The position numbers were made by a program, and so were the translations under genes. From Ranitomeya imitator (lineage: Eukaryota): a stretch of 64,000 nt of DNA. The DNA lies in assembly GCF_032444005.1 (NCBI RefSeq), contig NC_091286.1, positions 639,282,001-639,346,000 on the forward strand. Direction: 5' to 3'. This document shows positions 60,323 through 64,000 of this stretch, piece by piece; position 1 is the stretch's first letter, and every line of letters begins with the position of its first letter. Below the pieces are notes generated by a model that was not told the origin of the DNA, searched no databases, and saw only the letters and a program-made list of their open reading frames with translations.

Positions 60323-61480
60323 AAAAGTTTGCATCTCTCCTTCAGTATTTTTCGCATTATGCGTGCTCAGCTTGATCTATCAGTCGGCAACTGAAGTTTA
60401 GTTATATTTGTGGCCTTAAAAAGTAACCGTCATTTTAATTTTGATGTCATAAATTAATAAATACTAAAAATTTGTAAATCTGGGTGGGACGAAATGTGTC
60501 CCACGGGCACTAACAACTATAGCAATGCCGAAGACGAAAAATGTGCCAAGACAATAAATTATAAAATAATTGCTTAATAGATAATTTTATTTGATGCAAA
60601 TGTTAAAAACGTACAAAATTCCAAAATTTACAGGAACACACAAAAAAAGCAAAAAAAAAAACAGGTGCCTGAGAAATCCACTGGAATCGTGGGTATCCTA
60701 GGAGTTATAAGATGCAATTTTAATAGGTAATAGAGGAATTTATTAAATACTACATATAGAGAAATCTCTAGTAAATTTACATATAGCCACCATGAATTCA
60801 GATTAAACAGCATCTTTTGTTTTATAGAGAAAACTGGGGAACATTGGAGAAATGCTAACAGGGCCGTATATATGTGTAAGTTTCTTATGTCTGAAACTTT
60901 GGCATACTAAATTATGATTCCAATTGCACACTTCAGGAAGAGAAATGAACCTGCAACGTTTGCCAAGGGCACTAGACTGAGGCTCGCGTCAGTTTGAGTA
61001 ATGCTCCGAGCAGAGGTGAGGTGAGGAACCATCCAAAATGTCCTCTGTGGAGGTTATACTCTAGGGGCATGCTGGATTAAAGTTCGACTATAGATGACAA
61101 AGCAATAAAACCAGACAAAAAGCACAAAAATACAAGAAGTGGAAGTTAACTTAACAGCATTAGACAGGGTTCACAAGTAGCAGACTGGCATCATCTCCTG
61201 ATTGTCTGAAGCTTAAAACTCCATGTTGGCATGGATTTTGTCCTCATCACTGGCAGACCTTGCCCAAAGTGCCCCCAGGTCACTCATTTTGATCAGTGCT
61301 TTTCCTATGTGTATCCATTTTTTTCTCTGTGTATACTTTTTATATCATCAGTGATGCATCACTTATTATTGTAAGCAAAAACATTTTTTTTTTAAAAAAA
61401 ACCTTCCCCTACCCAAACAGTAAAAAGTGTACAGCATGCGGATTATACACCAGTTGTCCTCTCTCTCCTGTAGAGTGTAT

Positions 61481-61883
61481 GAAGCATCATCAGGGGGCAG
61501 AGGTTGCAGTCACTGTCATAGCCTTTGCCCCCCAAAATGAAGCATCATCAGTGAAGCTCGCTTCAGTGTTTGGGCTAGTCCCTGCTACATCCCAACGTTC
61601 TGTGCATGAGCGTGGTGTCAGAATACATGGTGGCATGCAGAGAACAGAGGGGGAGGCGTTGTTCTCTGCATTCCAGGTACACTAACACCATGCTTTAGCA
61701 GTGTGCTTTCCTCTGTGTAGCTGACATCTTACTCCTGATCCAAGCCAGCAACACAGAGTGCGCACTGGGATGGAGCTAGAACTAGCCCAGCCCCTGAATC
61801 GAGTGTCACTGATGATGCTTTGTTTCAGGGAGGGGGCAGAGGCTACGGCAGTGAGCACATCCACTGCCCCGGTGATGCTTCGT
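61481..61883. repeat. Old degenerate inverted repeat (MITE remnant)
   Basis: 61481-61592 aligns by eye with the reverse complement of ~61765-61883. Confidence 0.7.
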
Positions 61884-62221
61884 TTGAGTATCACAGCATG
61901 CACTGGGATTCTCATCACACAGGAGGGAGGAGCAAAGAATACAATAGCCATTAGATAGAGTAGTTAGGGAGCAGTAGGGAATTTTTAGTGAAATCATATA
62001 AGATCTTAGGACCACGTGTTTAAGCCCTTATTATCAGCACCATTCCCTCTCTATCGCTTTCTCTCTCTGTTTTGTAGAGTGTAAGCTCTTATAGTTCAGG
62101 GGCTGATAATGAATCCCAAATCTGCACACATCAGAGAGGATAATGTGTTGAATAATGATTTGCACAATAGTTGACTATTTAAGAAGAGGATGATGGTGGT
62201 GGTGGTTGTTTGTGCAGCTAA

Positions 62222-62958
62222 AGGTACCTTCACACTGAACAACTTAACAACGATAACGATAGCTATCCGTGACGTTGCAGCGTCCTGGATAGTGATATCG
62301 TTGTGTTTGACACGCAGCAGCGATCTGGATCCTGCTGTGACATCGCTGGTCAGAGCTAGAAGGCCAGAACTTTATTTCGTCGCTGGATCACCTGCTGACA
62401 TCGCTGGATCGGCGTGTGTGACGCCGAACCAGCGATGTCTTCACTGGTAACCAGAGTAAATATCGGGTTACTAAGCGCAGGGCCGCGCTTAGTAATCCGA
62501 TATTTACCCTGGTTACCAGTGTAAATGTAAAAAAAAAACAAACACTACATACTTACATTCCGGTGTCTGTCGCGTCCCCCGGCGTTCTGCTTCCCTGCAC
62601 TGTGTAAGCGCCGGCCGTGAAGCAGAGTGGTGACGTCACCGCTGTGCTCTGCTTTACGGCCAGCCGGCGCTGACACAGTGCAGGGAAGCAGAACGCCGGG
62701 GGACGTGACAGACACTGGTATGTAAGTATGTAGTGTTTTTTTTTTACATTTACACTGGTAACCAGGGTAAACATCGGGTTACTAAGCGTGGCCCTGCGCT
62801 TAGTAACCAGATGTTTACCCTGGTTACCCGGGGACTTCGGCATCGTTGGTCTCTGGAGAGCTGTCTGTGTGACAGCTCTCCAGCGACCACACAGCGACGC
62901 TGCAGCGATCGACATCTTTGTCTAGATCGCTGCAGCGTCGCTTAATGTGACGGTACCT
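62222..62958. mobile_element. Harbinger-type MITE, same family as 22020-22732
   Basis: TIR AGGTACC(T/G)TCACA(C/T)T and shared internal hairpins; flanks TAA/TTA. Confidence 0.85.
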
Positions 62959-64000
62959 TTAGCCTCAATCATGAAGAAGCAGTGTTAACTTGAAAAGAAC
63001 AGTCTCTATTAATGATAACGGGGTAAATAACAGTAGATAATTTGTGGTCAAATTTACACTCACAGTTGAAGAATGAATATGGGGACAGGCAGAATTCTGT
63101 GGGATCTTATCAGTTCAATTCACTCATTTTCAGGCTGTTCCCTCTGGTAATCCTCACACAATATTCCTTAGGGCTGAGCTGCGCTTCTCCTCTGAGGCGT
63201 TTTTTTTTTTCCTCCTGAACGGGCAATAGTGATCCTTCCAAACTGCAGGCTATCACCTCCTATCTTTTTTAAGCGGTCCTTTCCTGACCCAGCAGGCAGG
63301 GGGAGAACGACCTCTCCTCCTTGGAGTCTGACTTCCTCTACTGACTTCTCTCCCATGTGACTCTTTGCAGTTACGGTCATTGACTGTCTGTCAGGGGAAA
63401 CTTGTTCCAGCACTTTCCAGAATCTTCTGGATACCAAATAGAGCTGAGTCATGTAATCAAGCCCCTGAAAGAGATGATTAACCATTTGAGTGCTGTCCCC
63501 CAGCACGTCTCACAATATGTTACAGCATACAGTTTACACAGAAATCACATCATTCGCATGGAACACATTATACATCCGGTATCCCATCGAAATTGCTACT
63601 TTGTGGGAAACCACATAAGCTTTTATGGCCAGCATGGTCTTCTCTCTCTCTCTCTTTCTGAGCAACTACAAGCTTTCCAGCAATGAGATTCATACAAATT
63701 TATTCACCACACAAATCAAAATTTTGTGGAAAATTTGGCAAAGTCATTAAATGGGAATTTCAAAAGATCCATTCATCTCTAATAGTCACCACTAAAATTA
63801 TATAAAAAAAAGATGATGAGTCGGTTCTGTAGGTTCAGTCTGGAGAAAGGAAACATATGTATCATTACCATTTTAACCAGCTAAAAAATACCTATATACT
63901 TCATATCTATTTTTTTTCTGTATCAAGCACAATCTGTAATTATTAATTTTCCTTAGATCATACTTTTTACGAAAGAAAGTTATGCAGTGTAAGTAATATT

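Noticed and set aside
61296-61958. ORF and exon-like segment 61474-61677 with good splice signals
   Set aside because: It forms one arm of a degenerate inverted repeat with 61765-61883, so it is more likely a MITE remnant.
63134-63686. 13-nt microexon-like segment (63134-63146) and ORFs 63168-63506 (-) and 63402-63686 (+)
   Set aside because: No recognisable protein motif and no supported neighbours. It also shows that microexon-like signals can arise by chance, which tempers the exon-chain finding.

Overview
This is eukaryotic vertebrate DNA. The repeat types (CR1, V-SINE/L2, Tc1/TRT, Harbinger, hAT and Kolobok MITEs, Penelope hammerheads) point to an anuran frog. Most of the window is nested transposable elements and tandem repeats. 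I found no CRISPR array, rRNA, true tRNA gene or recognisable intact host gene. The main structures are: (1) a decayed full-length Gypsy LTR retrotransposon (8129-19833, ACAT TSD, LTRs about 97% identical by hand count, tRNA-Ser(CGA) PBS, -1 frameshift signal), inserted in a 31-bp satellite and carrying five later insertions; (2) a Harbinger-MITE nest (25642-32301) holding an L2 tail, a second MITE, a Penelope-type insertion and a Helitron; (3) a DD37E/TRT Tc1-like element (53248-58976) containing a MITE and a hAT element, which in turn contains a near-intact DD34E Tc1; (4) a deleted SCAN-bearing Gmr1-like Gypsy; (5) several solo LTRs; (6) four hammerhead-ribozyme motifs. Short unique segments carry splice signals that can be chained into a speculative plus-strand gene with a 5-nt microexon. 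All coordinates were read by eye; family assignments come from motif knowledge, not from database searches.
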